This document shows positions 28,013 to 39,546 of a stretch of 64,000 nucleotides of DNA, in pieces. Position 1 is the first letter of the stretch. Each line of letters opens with the position of its first letter. The translations under genes were made by a program, and so were the position numbers. Below the pieces are notes generated by a model, which saw only the letters and a program-made list of their open reading frames with translations, made no database searches and was not told the DNA's origin. The DNA is taken from contig JAGWKL010000008.1 of the NCBI GenBank assembly GCA_028865345.1, forward strand, positions 9,291 through 73,290, read 5' to 3'. Source of the DNA: Candidatus Omnitrophota bacterium. Its GTDB lineage: Bacteria; Omnitrophota; Gorgyraeia; Zapsychrales; Fredricksoniimonadaceae.

Positions 28013-28621
28013 ATGAAGAAGTTTTTTATCCATATAAGCTCTTGCATCCTGCGCGGCATCCTTGCCATCATACCGATTTTTCTATGCTGGGCGGCCCTGT
28101 GGCTCATGCGCAAATTCATTGATGAACAGGTGCTTAAGTTTCTGTCGCAATACATCGATATCCGCCAGATCCCGGGTTTGGGCATTGTCCTGCTGCTGGC
28201 TTTTTTATATGTCATCGGGTTGATATTCAGCAATGTGCTGGGCCGCCAGATCTTCATGCTGATCGACGCTATCGCCCAACGCATTCCCATCATCAAAATT
28301 ATTTATGGGGTGGGCAAACAGTTTTCCGAAACCTTGTCCGTTGCCGATCCTCAAAAACAAGCTTTTAAGAAAGCTGTGTTTGTGGAATCCTTCAATGGGC
28401 AGGGCTGGATGTTGGGTTTCATCACCGGCAGCGCCAAAGGCCTCAATGGGGAAGACCTGCTGAAGGTGTATGTGCCTTCTTCGCCGCATCCATTGACAGG
28501 CATTGTTTTCTTTGTCAAGCCTTCTCAAATTCTGGATTGCGGATGGACGGTGGAAGAAGCTCTCAAAATGATCGTCTCCGTTGGCATCATTTCGCCGGAA
28601 GAAATCAAAAAAGTAAATTAA
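28013..28621 (+). CDS. DUF502 family membrane protein
   Basis: 2 TM, IPIIKIIY, VYVPSSPHPLTG, TVEEALKMIVSVG. Confidence 0.85.
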   Translation: MKKFFIHISSCILRGILAIIPIFLCWAALWLMRKFIDEQVLKFLSQYIDIRQIPGLGIVLLLAFLYVIGLIFSNVLGRQIFMLIDAIAQRIPIIKIIYGVGKQFSETLSVADPQKQAFKKAVFVESFNGQGWMLGFITGSAKGLNGEDLLKVYVPSSPHPLTGIVFFVKPSQILDCGWTVEEALKMIVSVGIISPEEIKKVN

Positions 28622-28630
28622 AATCTCATC

Positions 28631-29689
28631 ATGCATTATTTAGGACGTTATTGGAAGGCAAGCTCTGACGGCCGTCTGCAATGCCGGCTTTGCCCGCGCC
28701 TGTGCACCCTGAGTGAAGGCCAAAGAGGTTTCTGTTTTGTGCGCCAGAACTTGAGACACCGCATGGTCTTGACCACCTACGGGCGTTCCAGCGGATTTTG
28801 CCTTGACCCCATCGAGAAAAAGCCACTGAACCATTTCCTGCCGGGGACATCCTGCCTTTCTTTCGGCACCGCCGGATGCAATTTGGGATGCAAATTTTGC
28901 CAGAACTGGGACATCAGTAAATCCAGGGAGTTTGAACGTTTGAGCGAAGAAGCCACGCCCCGCCTTATCGCCGAGACCGCAGTTCGTTTAGGGGCCAAAA
29001 GCATTGCGTTTACCTACAACGATCCCGTGATATTTGCCGAGTATGCCATAGACACTGCCGTTGAATGCCGCCGCCTGGGCATTAAAACCGTCGCGGTGAC
29101 GGCAGGGTATATAACTCCCGAGGCCAGGGGGGAATTCTATCGTCATATGGATGCGGCCAACGTGGACCTAAAAGGTTTTACGGAGGATTTTTACAACAAG
29201 ATCACTTTAGGCCGCCTGCAGCCGGTTTTAGACACGTTGGTCTATTTAAAAAAAGAAACCAAGGTATGGTTTGAGATCACCAATTTGATGATCCCCGGCT
29301 TAAACGACCGGAAAGAGGAGACGGCGGACATGTGCCAATGGATCGCGGATCATTTGGGGCCCGATGTGCCTGTGCATTTCACCGCTTTTCATCCGGATTA
29401 TAAAATGACGGACCGGCCGCGCACGCCGTTTGAAACCTTGAAAGAAGCCCGCGCAATCGCCTTGTCCAAAGGGCTTCATTATGTTTACACGGGTAACGTC
29501 CATGACCCGGGCGGCTCAAGCACGTATTGCCCCAACTGCCGGGAATTATTGATCGAACGCGACTGGTTTGTCCTGGGGGGATATCATGTGCATGACAACG
29601 CCTGCAAGTTTTGCAATACACCCATTGCCGGTGTTTTTGAAAAGGTGCCCGGAAATTGGGGGGCCAAAAGAGTGCCGGTGCAATTATGA
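28631..29689 (+). CDS. amrS: AmmeMemoRadiSam system radical SAM enzyme
   Basis: CRLCPRLC, DPIEKKPLNHFLPG, GCNLGCKFCQNWDIS, FTAFHPDYKM, YVYTGN. Confidence 0.92.
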   Translation: MHYLGRYWKASSDGRLQCRLCPRLCTLSEGQRGFCFVRQNLRHRMVLTTYGRSSGFCLDPIEKKPLNHFLPGTSCLSFGTAGCNLGCKFCQNWDISKSREFERLSEEATPRLIAETAVRLGAKSIAFTYNDPVIFAEYAIDTAVECRRLGIKTVAVTAGYITPEARGEFYRHMDAANVDLKGFTEDFYNKITLGRLQPVLDTLVYLKKETKVWFEITNLMIPGLNDRKEETADMCQWIADHLGPDVPVHFTAFHPDYKMTDRPRTPFETLKEARAIALSKGLHYVYTGNVHDPGGSSTYCPNCRELLIERDWFVLGGYHVHDNACKFCNTPIAGVFEKVPGNWGAKRVPVQL

Positions 29690-30447
29690 AAATCCTCTCC
29701 TGGAACGTCAACGGCATACGCGCCATCGAGAAAAAAGGGTTCTTGGAATGGCTCCATCAGGAATCCCCGGACATCCTTTGCCTTCAGGAAACCAAGGCCC
29801 ATCCTGAGCAATTGTCCGATACGCTTCTTAAACCAAAAGGGTATTACACCTACTGGTCCGCCGCCCAAAAAAAAGGTTACAGCGGGGTGAGTATTTACAG
29901 CAAGGTCGCGCCCAAAACCGTCAGTGATGTCTTGGGGGTGGCGGAATGCGACACCGAAGGCCGCACCCTGATCGCGGATTACGGCGATTTTATTTTATTC
30001 AACATCTATTATCCCAACGGCGGGCAGGGCAATAAACGGGTGCCTTATAAGATGAAATTTTACGACACCTTCCTGGCCAAGGCCGAGTCCTTGCGCAAGA
30101 AAGGCAGGAAAATAATCGTTACCGGGGATGTCAATACCGCCCACACGCCGATAGACCTGGCCCGCCCCAAAGAAAACGAAAAAAACACCGGTTTTCTTCC
30201 CGAAGAACGGGAATGGGTCGGCAAGTTCATCAGCCGCGGGTACGTGGACACCTTCCGTCATTTCACCAAGGACGGCGGGCATTACACCTGGTGGGATTAT
30301 TATACCGGTGCCCGTGCCCGTGACGTCGGTTGGCGCATCGATTACTTTTTTGTTACTGAAAATTTACTTCCCGTTTTAAAGAAAGCCTATATATTAAAAA
30401 GCGTTATGGGCTCTGACCATTGTCCCATCGGCATTGAACTTGGCTGA
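29686..30447 (+). CDS. xth: Exodeoxyribonuclease III
   Basis: SWNVNGIRA, CLQETK, KGYSGV, GDVNTAH, GWRIDYF, GSDHCP. Confidence 0.96.
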   Translation: MKILSWNVNGIRAIEKKGFLEWLHQESPDILCLQETKAHPEQLSDTLLKPKGYYTYWSAAQKKGYSGVSIYSKVAPKTVSDVLGVAECDTEGRTLIADYGDFILFNIYYPNGGQGNKRVPYKMKFYDTFLAKAESLRKKGRKIIVTGDVNTAHTPIDLARPKENEKNTGFLPEEREWVGKFISRGYVDTFRHFTKDGGHYTWWDYYTGARARDVGWRIDYFFVTENLLPVLKKAYILKSVMGSDHCPIGIELG

Positions 30448-30523
30448 AATTACGTAGATTCACTGATACCCGGACGCCTTTTTATCAGATAAACTTGTAT
30501 TTTACAATGTCCAGAGGTCATCT

Positions 30524-31540
30524 ATGCAGTCCCGCAATCAGGTTATCGCGACATATGCCGTTATCCTCACAGCGACCGCAGCGGTTTGGATATGGGCCAT
30601 CAGGGAATTTTACGGCCATCCCGTTCTTCTTGGTTCGGCGTTCCTGGCGTATACGTTGGGATTAAGGCATGCCGTTGACGCCGACCATATCGCCGCCATC
30701 GATAATGTCACCCGTAAATTAATGCAGGAGGGTATACATTGCGCCGATGCCGGTTTTTTCTTCTCCCTCGGGCATTCTTCGGTGGTGATTCTGGTCTCAG
30801 CCTTTGTGGCAATGACGGCCGGGACTTTCAGCGGCCAATTGGGCGCTATTTCATCGGTGGGCAGCGTCTTGGGGACCTGTGTTTCCGCGGTTTTCCTGCT
30901 GGGCCTTGGTCTTATCAATATTGTTATATTTTTCCAGATCTATAAAACTTTCAAACAGGTCAGGGAGACAGGGATTTACTCGGATGAAGACCTTGACCTG
31001 TTATTGTCCAAGCGGGGATTCCTTTCCAAGATATTCCGACGTTTGTTCGGGATGGTGCGCGCCAGCCGGCAGATGTTTCCCATCGGGTTTTTGTTTGGTT
31101 TGGGATTCGACACTTCGACGGAAGTCGCCATGATCGGCATTGCTGCCGCAAGCCTGCTTAAAGGCATGAGCATTTGGTCCATCATGATTTTTCCTCTTTT
31201 GTTTACGGCAGGGATGACCCTGGTGGATACGACGGACGGCGTCCTCATGCAGAAGGCCTACCAATGGGCATACCTTACGCCGGTGCGTAAACTTTATTAC
31301 AACCTGGCCATGACCGCCGCCTCTGTCATCGTCGCTCTTATTGTCGCCGGCATCGAGGCCCTTGGGCTTTTGGGTGGCCGGCTTTCGATGAAAGGTTGTT
31401 TTTGGGATATGATCACAGCTTTGAACGGTAATCTCAATACGGTAGGCTTTTTTATTATCGGGTTCTTTTTAAGCGCCTGGCTGCTGTCTGTCCTGATATA
31501 CCGATTGATCCGTTACGATGGAATACGTACTTCTACCTAA
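30524..31540 (+). CDS. hoxN: HoxN/HupN/NixA nickel/cobalt permease
   Basis: GLRHAVDADHIAAIDN, FSLGHSSVV, GFLFGLGFDTSTE. Confidence 0.92.
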   Translation: MQSRNQVIATYAVILTATAAVWIWAIREFYGHPVLLGSAFLAYTLGLRHAVDADHIAAIDNVTRKLMQEGIHCADAGFFFSLGHSSVVILVSAFVAMTAGTFSGQLGAISSVGSVLGTCVSAVFLLGLGLINIVIFFQIYKTFKQVRETGIYSDEDLDLLLSKRGFLSKIFRRLFGMVRASRQMFPIGFLFGLGFDTSTEVAMIGIAAASLLKGMSIWSIMIFPLLFTAGMTLVDTTDGVLMQKAYQWAYLTPVRKLYYNLAMTAASVIVALIVAGIEALGLLGGRLSMKGCFWDMITALNGNLNTVGFFIIGFFLSAWLLSVLIYRLIRYDGIRTST

Positions 31541-31610
31541 AACTTTTCGTAACTTTGCGGATACTCTAATAGGCTTTTGTATAGTACACTTAATTTAATC
31601 TTTATATGAG

Positions 31611-31630
31611 CCTGCCTGGCGGCAGGCAGG
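31611..31630. repeat. 20-nt GC-rich palindrome CCTGCCTG-GCGG-CAGGCAGG
   Basis: Perfect 8-bp arms in AT-rich intergenic DNA; related CCTGCC-GGAA-GGCAGG at 45238-45253. Confidence 0.6.
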
Positions 31631-31639
31631 GAGTTGCCT

Positions 31640-33700
31640 GTGAAAAACCTCGACCGCGCATTTAATCCAAAACGCGTTGCCGTTATAGGTGCATCATCTG
31701 ATCCTTCCAAAATCGGCCATCAAGTGATCAAGAATATCATCGAAGGCGGATATCAAGGGGAAATCATCCCTGTTAATCCCAAGGCCGATGTCATTCTTGG
31801 TGTTAAGGCCTATAAATCCCTCAATGATGTTCCCGAAGGGGTGGACCTGGTCATCATTGCCATCCCCGCGCCTTTGGTGGTCGGCGCCATGGAAGAGTGC
31901 GCGAGGCGCAAGGTGGGCGCGGTTGCCGTCATCACCTCCGGATTCGCCGAAGTGGGCAAGACACAGGAAGAGTTGAAATTAAAAAAGATCGCCGATGATC
32001 ACGATATCGCCCTTTTTGGGCCCAATATTTTCGGCCTGGCTTACCCGCCCGAAAAATTAAACGCCAGCTTCGGTCCCAAGGACATTTACCCCGGTAAAAT
32101 CGCCTTTATCACCCAAAGCGGGGCGTTGGGGATCGGCCTCATGGGCTGGACAGCGATGAAAAAGATCGGTCTGGCGGCCCTGGTGAGTATCGGCAACAAA
32201 GCGGACATTGATGAAACGGATTTGATTGAATATTTTAATAAGGACGAAAATGTCAATGTGCAGTTGCTCTATATGGAGGGGGTCAAGAATGGCCCCAAAT
32301 TCCTGCAAACCAAGATCGAAAAACCGACGGTTGTCCTTAAAGTAGGCCGTTCCACCCGCGGGGCCCAGGCCGCGGCGTCCCATACAGGATCTTTATCGGG
32401 GTCGGACAAAATATACGACGGGGCATTTAAACAGATAGGGCTGCTTAGGGCCTCGACCTTTATTGAGGCATTCAGCTGGGCCCGCGCCCTGTCCCAACCG
32501 TTGCCCAAGGGCGAAGACACGCTCATTATCACCAACGGCGGCGGCATCGGGGTGGCCACCACCGACGAGTGTGAGGCCCAGGGCATTAAGATCTTGGATG
32601 ATCCCGCCTGGCTTGAGGCAAAATTCCGCCCCACCATGCCGGATTACGGCAGCACGAAGAATCCCATTGACGTCACCGGCGGCGCCGGGGTTGACGGTTA
32701 CCGCAAGGCCCTGAAAATTGCTTTTGCTGAAGACAGGGTCAAATCCATCATCGTTCTTTATTGTGAAACAGCCGTCACCGACCCCATGGACATTGCCGTG
32801 GCCGTCAATGAGGCTTTTGAAGGTGCCGGACGCAATAAGCCGGTCGTCGTGGCCATGGTCGGGGGAGAACGCACCCGCGAAGCTCTGGTGTATTTGAACG
32901 AGAAACTTATCCCGGCATCCAGCCTGGTCGACATATCCGTCTCCGCGCTTGCGATCATTTATTCATGGGCGCAAATCAAGGCCCGCGGGAGGTCCAGGTT
33001 GGTTTTGGAGAAACCTCCGGCCCAGGTCAACAAAATCATGGACGCGGCACAGGCCCAAGGCAGAAAAATTCTTATGGAGCATGAGGCCCGCCAGGTCATG
33101 GAACTGTGCGGGGTCCCGACGCCTAAATGGGGCTTTGCCCGAAGCGGCGATGAGGCCGTCAGGATCGCCGAGAGCAAACAAATGTATCCTTTGGCCATGA
33201 AGATCGCTTCCCCGGATATCGTGCATAAATCCGATGTGGGGGGTGTCGTGCTCAACATCCGCGACGGGAAGGAATTAAAAGACCGTTATGAAGCCATGAT
33301 GGCCAGGATCAAGAAAGACTGCCCGAAGGCCGATTTACAGGGCGTTAATCTCATCCAAATGGTCAGCGGCATCGAATGCATTGTGGGCATCAGCACAGAC
33401 CCTCAATTCGGGCCGGCGGTGATGTTCGGCTTAGGCGGGGTGTTTGTGGAGGCGCTTAAAGACGTCACCTTCCGGGTGGTGCCGTTTGATGCCGATGAGG
33501 CCGGACGGATGATCTCAGAGATCAAGGCCAAAAAGATATTAGACGGTTTTCGGGGGATGAAAGCCCACAAGGATTCGATCATCAAGACCCTGGTGGCCGT
33601 GCAAAAGCTCTCCCCCTTGGTCAAAGAGATCGACATTAATCCTTTGTTGACCAATCACAACGGTTCTTATGCCGTAGATGCGAGGATCGTATTAAAATGA
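31640..33700 (+). CDS. ADP-forming acetate/acyl-CoA ligase (alpha-beta fusion)
   Basis: VAVIGAS, GPNIFG, TQSGALG, AAASHTGSL (catalytic His), TNGGG, NPIDVTG, HKSDVGGV, DPQFGP, DINPL; GTG start after GGGAG. Confidence 0.92.
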   Translation: MKNLDRAFNPKRVAVIGASSDPSKIGHQVIKNIIEGGYQGEIIPVNPKADVILGVKAYKSLNDVPEGVDLVIIAIPAPLVVGAMEECARRKVGAVAVITSGFAEVGKTQEELKLKKIADDHDIALFGPNIFGLAYPPEKLNASFGPKDIYPGKIAFITQSGALGIGLMGWTAMKKIGLAALVSIGNKADIDETDLIEYFNKDENVNVQLLYMEGVKNGPKFLQTKIEKPTVVLKVGRSTRGAQAAASHTGSLSGSDKIYDGAFKQIGLLRASTFIEAFSWARALSQPLPKGEDTLIITNGGGIGVATTDECEAQGIKILDDPAWLEAKFRPTMPDYGSTKNPIDVTGGAGVDGYRKALKIAFAEDRVKSIIVLYCETAVTDPMDIAVAVNEAFEGAGRNKPVVVAMVGGERTREALVYLNEKLIPASSLVDISVSALAIIYSWAQIKARGRSRLVLEKPPAQVNKIMDAAQAQGRKILMEHEARQVMELCGVPTPKWGFARSGDEAVRIAESKQMYPLAMKIASPDIVHKSDVGGVVLNIRDGKELKDRYEAMMARIKKDCPKADLQGVNLIQMVSGIECIVGISTDPQFGPAVMFGLGGVFVEALKDVTFRVVPFDADEAGRMISEIKAKKILDGFRGMKAHKDSIIKTLVAVQKLSPLVKEIDINPLLTNHNGSYAVDARIVLK

Positions 33701-34146
33701 CCAATGTCCAGCTAGTCCAGGCGCTCCAAGCATCCATTGCCCCGTGCGTATTGATTTCGGGGGACGGGCTTTTATTGCTGTCGATGTCCAATCGTCTTTC
33801 CAGGCCGATTGAAAGGATCCGCTATTTATGCGACCAGATCAAGGCGCACCCCCACAAGGACCATCAGGCGACCCGCGAGCAGATCGAAATTTTGTATACG
33901 CGAAGCAAACTTTTGCGCAGCGCCATCGGCTGCCTGATCTGCAGCATCGCGTTTATATCGTCCATTGTCCTTTTGTTGTTCCTGGGCACTTTTTACAACT
34001 GGCCGTTCAATGCCTTTATCGGCATTTTATTCGTTTTGAGCCTGGTTTTTTTGCTGGTTTCAACCGCTTTTTTCCTGATGGACATTCATTGGGCCCTGGA
34101 TTCCCTGAAGATTGAGATCCGTCATACACAAGCCGCGCAGGTTTAG
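33697..34146 (+). CDS. DUF2721 family membrane protein
   Basis: IAPCVLISG...MSNRLSRPIERIR, two C-terminal TM helices. Confidence 0.8.
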   Translation: MTNVQLVQALQASIAPCVLISGDGLLLLSMSNRLSRPIERIRYLCDQIKAHPHKDHQATREQIEILYTRSKLLRSAIGCLICSIAFISSIVLLLFLGTFYNWPFNAFIGILFVLSLVFLLVSTAFFLMDIHWALDSLKIEIRHTQAAQV

Positions 34147-34151
34147 GGCCC

Positions 34152-34180
34152 TTGATAAAATCAGGAAGAAGGCTTAGCAT
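34152..34180 (+). promoter_or_regulatory. Putative promoter of hox operon
   Basis: TTGATA-17 nt-TAGCAT. Confidence 0.5.
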
Positions 34181-34227
34181 GGATGTGGTGACCTGTCCCC
34201 GGGATCGGGGATAAGAGAGGAACGTAT

Positions 34228-34740
34228 ATGAAACAAAAGAAATCGATCCTTGACGAGAACCTTTCCAGGAACGACCCGCGCGTAAAACAAATTTTAGTGA
34301 AGATGAAAAAGGAAAATTACCGTCCGGACGCCCTGATTGAGATCCTGCACACGGCCCAAAACTCTTACGGGTATCTGCCCATGAGCGTCCTGGCGTTCAT
34401 CACCAAGGAATTAAAGGTCCCGCCCAGCCGGGTGTTTTCGACGGTCACCTTCTACCACTTTTTCTCGCTGAAATCCAAGGGCGAACACACCTGCCTGGTC
34501 TGCACAGGCACGGCCTGTTACGTTAAAGGCGCCGAACGGATCCTTTCCGAAATAGAAAAAGATTTCCACCTGAAGCCCGGGATGGTGACGAATGACAATA
34601 AATTGGGGCTCTCGACGGCCCGCTGCATCGGCGCCTGCGGCCTGGCGCCTGCCATGGTCGTCGATGATGAAGTCCACGCCAAAGTCAAGCCCGAAGACGT
34701 CAAAAACATGGTCCTTTCAAAAACCGGAGTCCGAGTATGA
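34228..34740 (+). CDS. hoxE: Bidirectional hydrogenase subunit HoxE (NuoE-like 2Fe-2S)
   Basis: [36 protein letters not shown]. Confidence 0.93.
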   Translation: MKQKKSILDENLSRNDPRVKQILVKMKKENYRPDALIEILHTAQNSYGYLPMSVLAFITKELKVPPSRVFSTVTFYHFFSLKSKGEHTCLVCTGTACYVKGAERILSEIEKDFHLKPGMVTNDNKLGLSTARCIGACGLAPAMVVDDEVHAKVKPEDVKNMVLSKTGVRV

Positions 34741-36416
34741 ACCGCCAAGACTTAAAAACGATGGCTGATGCCGCCAAGGCCGAACATAACAAGTATAAGC
34801 ACAAAATATGCGTCTGTTGCGGGGCAGGCTGCATTTCTTCAGGTTCCGAAGCCGTGCTTAAGAAATTGCAGGAAGAGGTCAAGACCCGCGGCCTGGAAAA
34901 TGACGTCAGAGTTGTCCCTTCCGGATGCATGGGGCCCTGCAATCAGGGGCCATTGGTCAAGGTCATGCCGGAATACGCGATCTATCAGAAGGTCAATTGC
35001 GAAAATATTGCTGCGGTGGTGCAGAGCCAATTGATCGACAAGAAACCGATAGAGGATTTGTTGCTGTTTGCGGATTCCCGGCCCAAGCCGTTTGTGAATG
35101 CCCAGGAAGACCCGTTCTTTGAAAAGCAGTATAAAATTGTTTTGAAAGACTGCGGGTCCATCAATCCCGAAAACATCGAAGATTACATTGTACGCGACGG
35201 CTACAAGGCCTTGGACAAGGTCCTTTTCCAGATGTCATCGGAAGAAGTGATCGCGGAGATAAAGCACAGCCGTTTGCGCGGCCGCGGCGGCGCCGGTTTT
35301 CCGACGGGCATCAAATGGGAGACCGTGTATAAATATGTGGCTGACCAGAAATATGTCATTTGCAACGGGGATGAAGGCGACCCCGGCGCCTTCATGGACC
35401 GCAGCGTCCTGGAAGGCAACCCTCACCGCGTCCTGGAAGGCATGGCCATTGCGGGCTATGCGGTGGGAGCCAACAAAGGTTATGCCTACATCCGCGGCGA
35501 ATACCCTTTGGCCATCAAACGCTTTGAGGCCGCTATCAAGGCCGCCAAAAAGCTGGGTCTGTTAGGCCCTAATATATTAGGAAGCCCTTTTTCTTTTGAC
35601 ATTGAAATCCGCATCGGTGCCGGCGCCTTTGTCTGCGGGGAAGAAACGGCCCTCATCGCTTCCATCGAAGGCAAAAGGGGAACGCCGCGTCCCAGGCCGC
35701 CGTTTCCCGCGGAATCAGGCTTGTGGGGCAGGCCTACACTTATCAATAATGTGGAAACCCTGGCCAGCATAGCTCCCATCATCAACCGCGGGGGGGAATG
35801 GTACAGCGAGATCGGCACGCCCAAAAGCGCGGGGACCAAGGTCTTTGCCCTGGCCGGCAAGATCAACTATTCCGGTTTGATCGAAGTCCCCATGGGCATG
35901 ACCCTGCGTGAGATCGTTTTTGATATCGGAGGAGGGGTGCCGGGTGGGAAGCAATTCAAGGCTGCGCAAACCGGCGGACCGTCGGGCGGCTGTATTCCTA
36001 AAGAGCATTTGGACGTTAAAGTAGACTATGAATCTTTAGTCAGCCTTGGTTCCATCATGGGTTCGGGAGGGCTCATCATTATGGATGATTCCTCCGACAT
36101 GGTGGATGTGGCCCGGTTCTTCATGGAATTCTGCATGGATGAATCCTGCGGCAAATGCGTGCCTTGCCGGGTGGGCACCAAAATGATGTACGACCTTTTA
36201 AGCAAAATTTGTTCCGGTCAGGGCAGCTTAAAAGACATCGAGAAGTTGGAAGAATTGGCCGTCTATGTCAAGGAGGCCAGCCTTTGCGGGCTGGGGATGT
36301 CCGCCCCTAATCCGCTTTTGAGCACATTGAGATATTACAAAAATGAATACCTGGCCCATATTAAAGAAAACAAGGCGTTTGAGTTAAAGGCCGCCGGGGA
36401 GGTCTCTCATGGCTAA
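34737..36416 (+). CDS. hoxF: Bidirectional hydrogenase diaphorase subunit HoxF
   Basis: N-terminal 2Fe-2[48 protein letters not shown]. Confidence 0.95.
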   Translation: MNRQDLKTMADAAKAEHNKYKHKICVCCGAGCISSGSEAVLKKLQEEVKTRGLENDVRVVPSGCMGPCNQGPLVKVMPEYAIYQKVNCENIAAVVQSQLIDKKPIEDLLLFADSRPKPFVNAQEDPFFEKQYKIVLKDCGSINPENIEDYIVRDGYKALDKVLFQMSSEEVIAEIKHSRLRGRGGAGFPTGIKWETVYKYVADQKYVICNGDEGDPGAFMDRSVLEGNPHRVLEGMAIAGYAVGANKGYAYIRGEYPLAIKRFEAAIKAAKKLGLLGPNILGSPFSFDIEIRIGAGAFVCGEETALIASIEGKRGTPRPRPPFPAESGLWGRPTLINNVETLASIAPIINRGGEWYSEIGTPKSAGTKVFALAGKINYSGLIEVPMGMTLREIVFDIGGGVPGGKQFKAAQTGGPSGGCIPKEHLDVKVDYESLVSLGSIMGSGGLIIMDDSSDMVDVARFFMEFCMDESCGKCVPCRVGTKMMYDLLSKICSGQGSLKDIEKLEELAVYVKEASLCGLGMSAPNPLLSTLRYYKNEYLAHIKENKAFELKAAGEVSHG

Positions 36417-37116
36417 AATACCGCTTACGATCGATGGAAAACCCCTGGAAGTCGATACAGGCAAGACCATTCTCGAGGTCTGCAAGGAAAATAATATCGA
36501 GATCTTGACCATGTGCCATTTCGAAGGGATCGGGGACGTGGGCGCCTGCCGCCTGTGCCTGGTCGAGATCGAGGGGACAACCAAGCTGCTTCCGGCCTGC
36601 ACCACCAAGGTGGCCGCCAACCAGGTCATTAAAACCAATACCGAAAAATTAAAAAAATATCAAAAGATCACCACGGAACTGTTTTTCGCCGAACGCAATC
36701 ATATTTGCGCCGTCTGTGTGGCCGACGGCAATTGCGAGCTGCAGGATTTAGGATACAAGGTGGGCATGGACCATGTGCGCTTTCCTTATCTTTTTCCAAA
36801 AGCCGAAGTGGACACCTCCCATCCCTCGTATGTGATGGACCATAACCGCTGCATCATGTGCACCCGTTGCGTGCGGGTGTGTTCCGAGGTGGAAGGTGCC
36901 CATAACTGGGGCGTTAAAAACAGGGGGGTTGAAGTGAGGATCATTTCCGACTTTGACACCCCGTGGGGGGATTCCACGACATGCACCTCGTGCAGCAAAT
37001 GCGTCAATGTCTGCCCCACCGGCGCTTTGTGGCCCAAGGCGACGGTGCAGGGGCAATTGGTCAAAAACCCTAAGATGGTCTCAGAATTGGTGGCTAAAAG
37101 AAAGATGAACCTATGA
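36409..37116 (+). CDS. hoxU: Bidirectional hydrogenase subunit HoxU
   Basis: [47 protein letters not shown]. Confidence 0.95.
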   Translation: MAKIPLTIDGKPLEVDTGKTILEVCKENNIEILTMCHFEGIGDVGACRLCLVEIEGTTKLLPACTTKVAANQVIKTNTEKLKKYQKITTELFFAERNHICAVCVADGNCELQDLGYKVGMDHVRFPYLFPKAEVDTSHPSYVMDHNRCIMCTRCVRVCSEVEGAHNWGVKNRGVEVRIISDFDTPWGDSTTCTSCSKCVNVCPTGALWPKATVQGQLVKNPKMVSELVAKRKMNL

Positions 37117-37652
37117 AGAAGAAACTGGCAACGGTATGGCTGGGCGGGTGCTCGGGATGCCATATGTCGCTTTTGGATATCGATGAGCGCATCCTGGAGG
37201 TGGTCAAACTTGCGGACATCGTCAAATGCCCCATTGTCGACGGCAAGGAGTTTCCGCCGGTCGATATAGCTCTGGTGGAAGGCTCGGTGACCAGCGATGA
37301 GCATTTGCAGGAATTATTGCATATCCGCGAAGTGTCAAAGGTGCTCATCGCCCTGGGCGACTGCGCGGTGACGGCCAATGTCACGGGGATGCGCAATTAT
37401 TTGAAAAAAGAGGACGTGCTGGATCATGCGTATGTCAAGGCCGTCAGCAACGACCAGCAGGGCAAAATGCCGGGGCATCCGGCGCTGTTGAAACTGCGCG
37501 ATAAAGTGCTGCCCCTTCAGGAAGTCGTGCATGTCGACTATGCGATTCCCGGCTGCCCGCCGCCGGCAGACACCATTTTTTATGTGCTGGCCGAGCTTCT
37601 CAATGACCGCATACCCAATTTGGAGCAGGAAAGGAAGTTGAAATATGGATAG
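37113..37652 (+). CDS. hoxY: NiFe hydrogenase small subunit HoxY
   Basis: WLGGCSGCHMS, VEGSV, GDCA, IPGCPP. Confidence 0.95.
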   Translation: MKKKLATVWLGGCSGCHMSLLDIDERILEVVKLADIVKCPIVDGKEFPPVDIALVEGSVTSDEHLQELLHIREVSKVLIALGDCAVTANVTGMRNYLKKEDVLDHAYVKAVSNDQQGKMPGHPALLKLRDKVLPLQEVVHVDYAIPGCPPPADTIFYVLAELLNDRIPNLEQERKLKYG

Positions 37653-39090
37653 CCAGATCAATAAAGACAATACCATACTCATTTCTCCGGTCACCCGCAT
37701 TGAAGGCCATGCCAAGATCACGATTGATTTGGGCCCCGATGGATCAGTCAAGGACGCCCGGTTTCACGTCAACGAGTTCCGCGGGTTCGAGAAATTCTGC
37801 GAAGGCCGCTATTTTACCGAAATGCCGACCATAACCCCGCGCATCTGCGGGATCTGCCCGGTCAGCCATTCGGTGTCAAGCGCCAAGGCCTGCGAGGCGA
37901 TCATGGGCATCAAACCCACCTATACCGGCGATTTGCTGCGCCGCCTCATTCATCTGGGCCAGGTGATATCTTCGCACGCGCTTTCGTTTTTCCACTTGTC
38001 TTCGCCGGATTTCATTTTAGGCTGGGACAGCGACCCTGCCGTGCGCAATATCGTGGGCCTGGCCCAACAGTCTCCGGATTTGGCGCTTCGGGGCATCCGC
38101 TTGCGCAAATTCGGCCAGGAGATCAGCGAACGCATCACCGGCAAGAAGATCCATATCATGGGCATTGTCCCCGGCGGAGTGGGCGCTCCTTTAAGCGAAG
38201 AAAACAGGAAAGCCCTGCTTGGCTGGATAGCAGAAGCGACCCAAACGACCCTGATGGGCATTGACCTTATCAAGAAATACCATGACCAGAACAAGGACAT
38301 GGTCAACAGTTTTGCCAATTTTCCGACCCTTTATTTAGGGACGGTCGGGCCCCAGGGCGAATGGGAGGTATACGACGGGAAATTACGGTTTATGGATGCC
38401 GACGGGAAAATTCTCGAAGACCAGATAGATCCTAAAAATTACCTTGATTACATCGCCGAGCGCGCCATTGACTGGTCTTATTTGAAATATCCCTATTATA
38501 AGCCTTATGGATTTGAAAAAGGGTTTTACAGGGTAGGCCCGCTGGCGCGCCTCAATGTGTCTTCCAAAATGAAAACGCCCAAGGCCCAAAAAGAATTCCT
38601 GAATTTTAAATCCATAGGCGCGGGCAAGCCGGTGCACGGCACTTTCTATTTCCATTACACGCGCCTGATCGAATGCTTAAGCGCCGTTGAAGAGGCCGAA
38701 CGCATCCTGAAAGACCCCAAGATCACCTCGGGCGATACCCAGACCGCGGGCAAACACAATTACAACGAAGGCATCGGTTCTTCCGAAGCGCCGCGCGGGA
38801 CTTTGTTCCATCATTATAAGACCGATGACAGCGGCAGGTTGACGAACGTCAATCTTTTGATCGCCACGGGCCAGAATAATCCGGCGATGAACCGTTCCGT
38901 TTTGGAGGTGGCCAAACAATACGTGCATGGCAAAAATGTCAAGGAAGGAGCGCTCAACAGGGTCGAAGCCGCCATCCGTTGTTACGACCCCTGCCTTTCA
39001 TGCTCCACGCATGCCATAGGGTCTATGCCGATGCTTATCGAGATCAAAGATCATTTGGGCCGCACTGTTCATGTCCTTAAAAGGGGATAG
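37645..39090 (+). CDS. hoxH: NiFe hydrogenase large subunit HoxH (group 3d)
   Basis: [16 protein letters not shown] (L1), DPCLSCSTH (L2) plus cleavable C-terminal tail. Confidence 0.96.
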   Translation: MDSQINKDNTILISPVTRIEGHAKITIDLGPDGSVKDARFHVNEFRGFEKFCEGRYFTEMPTITPRICGICPVSHSVSSAKACEAIMGIKPTYTGDLLRRLIHLGQVISSHALSFFHLSSPDFILGWDSDPAVRNIVGLAQQSPDLALRGIRLRKFGQEISERITGKKIHIMGIVPGGVGAPLSEENRKALLGWIAEATQTTLMGIDLIKKYHDQNKDMVNSFANFPTLYLGTVGPQGEWEVYDGKLRFMDADGKILEDQIDPKNYLDYIAERAIDWSYLKYPYYKPYGFEKGFYRVGPLARLNVSSKMKTPKAQKEFLNFKSIGAGKPVHGTFYFHYTRLIECLSAVEEAERILKDPKITSGDTQTAGKHNYNEGIGSSEAPRGTLFHHYKTDDSGRLTNVNLLIATGQNNPAMNRSVLEVAKQYVHGKNVKEGALNRVEAAIRCYDPCLSCSTHAIGSMPMLIEIKDHLGRTVHVLKRG

Positions 39091-39544
39091 ACCCGCCAAT
39101 ATCCTGGTCGTCGGCATAGGCAATCCTTTGCGTTGCGACGACGGCGTAGGGCCATACATAGCCGGGTGTATTGAAACCAGGGGTTTAAGCGGCGTCCATG
39201 TCCGGACCGTCCAGCAATTGCTTCTGGAAGATCTTGAAGAAATGCTTCAGTACGATCAGGTCATCCTGGCCGACGCCTCCGTCTCAGGGCCGCCCGTGGA
39301 TTTCCGTCCGGTCGAGAAGTTTTCAGGGCAACTCCTTTCATCGTCGCACCATCTGTCAGCGGAATTGTTTGTCAATCTGGCCGCCGGTGTTTATCATAAA
39401 GACTTGAAGTTGCATCTCTGCTGTGTCAAAGGCCTTTCGTTTGAGGTGGGGGATAAGATATCGGACTTTGTCCTTCAGCGGGCCGGCGAGGCGGTTGATT
39501 TGATCGCAGGGTTTATCAACAATATGACAAAGGGTAAGGTTTAA
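39071..39544 (+). CDS. hoxW: Hydrogenase maturation protease
   Basis: GIGNPLRCDDGVG, ILADA, SSHH. Confidence 0.9.
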   Translation: MSLKGDRPANILVVGIGNPLRCDDGVGPYIAGCIETRGLSGVHVRTVQQLLLEDLEEMLQYDQVILADASVSGPPVDFRPVEKFSGQLLSSSHHLSAELFVNLAAGVYHKDLKLHLCCVKGLSFEVGDKISDFVLQRAGEAVDLIAGFINNMTKGKV

Positions 39545-39546
39545 GA

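Noticed and set aside
34151-34165. TTGAT-AAA-ATCAG as an FNR box upstream of hoxE
   Set aside because: The spacer is 3 nt rather than 4, the right half is imperfect, and it coincides with the -35 element.
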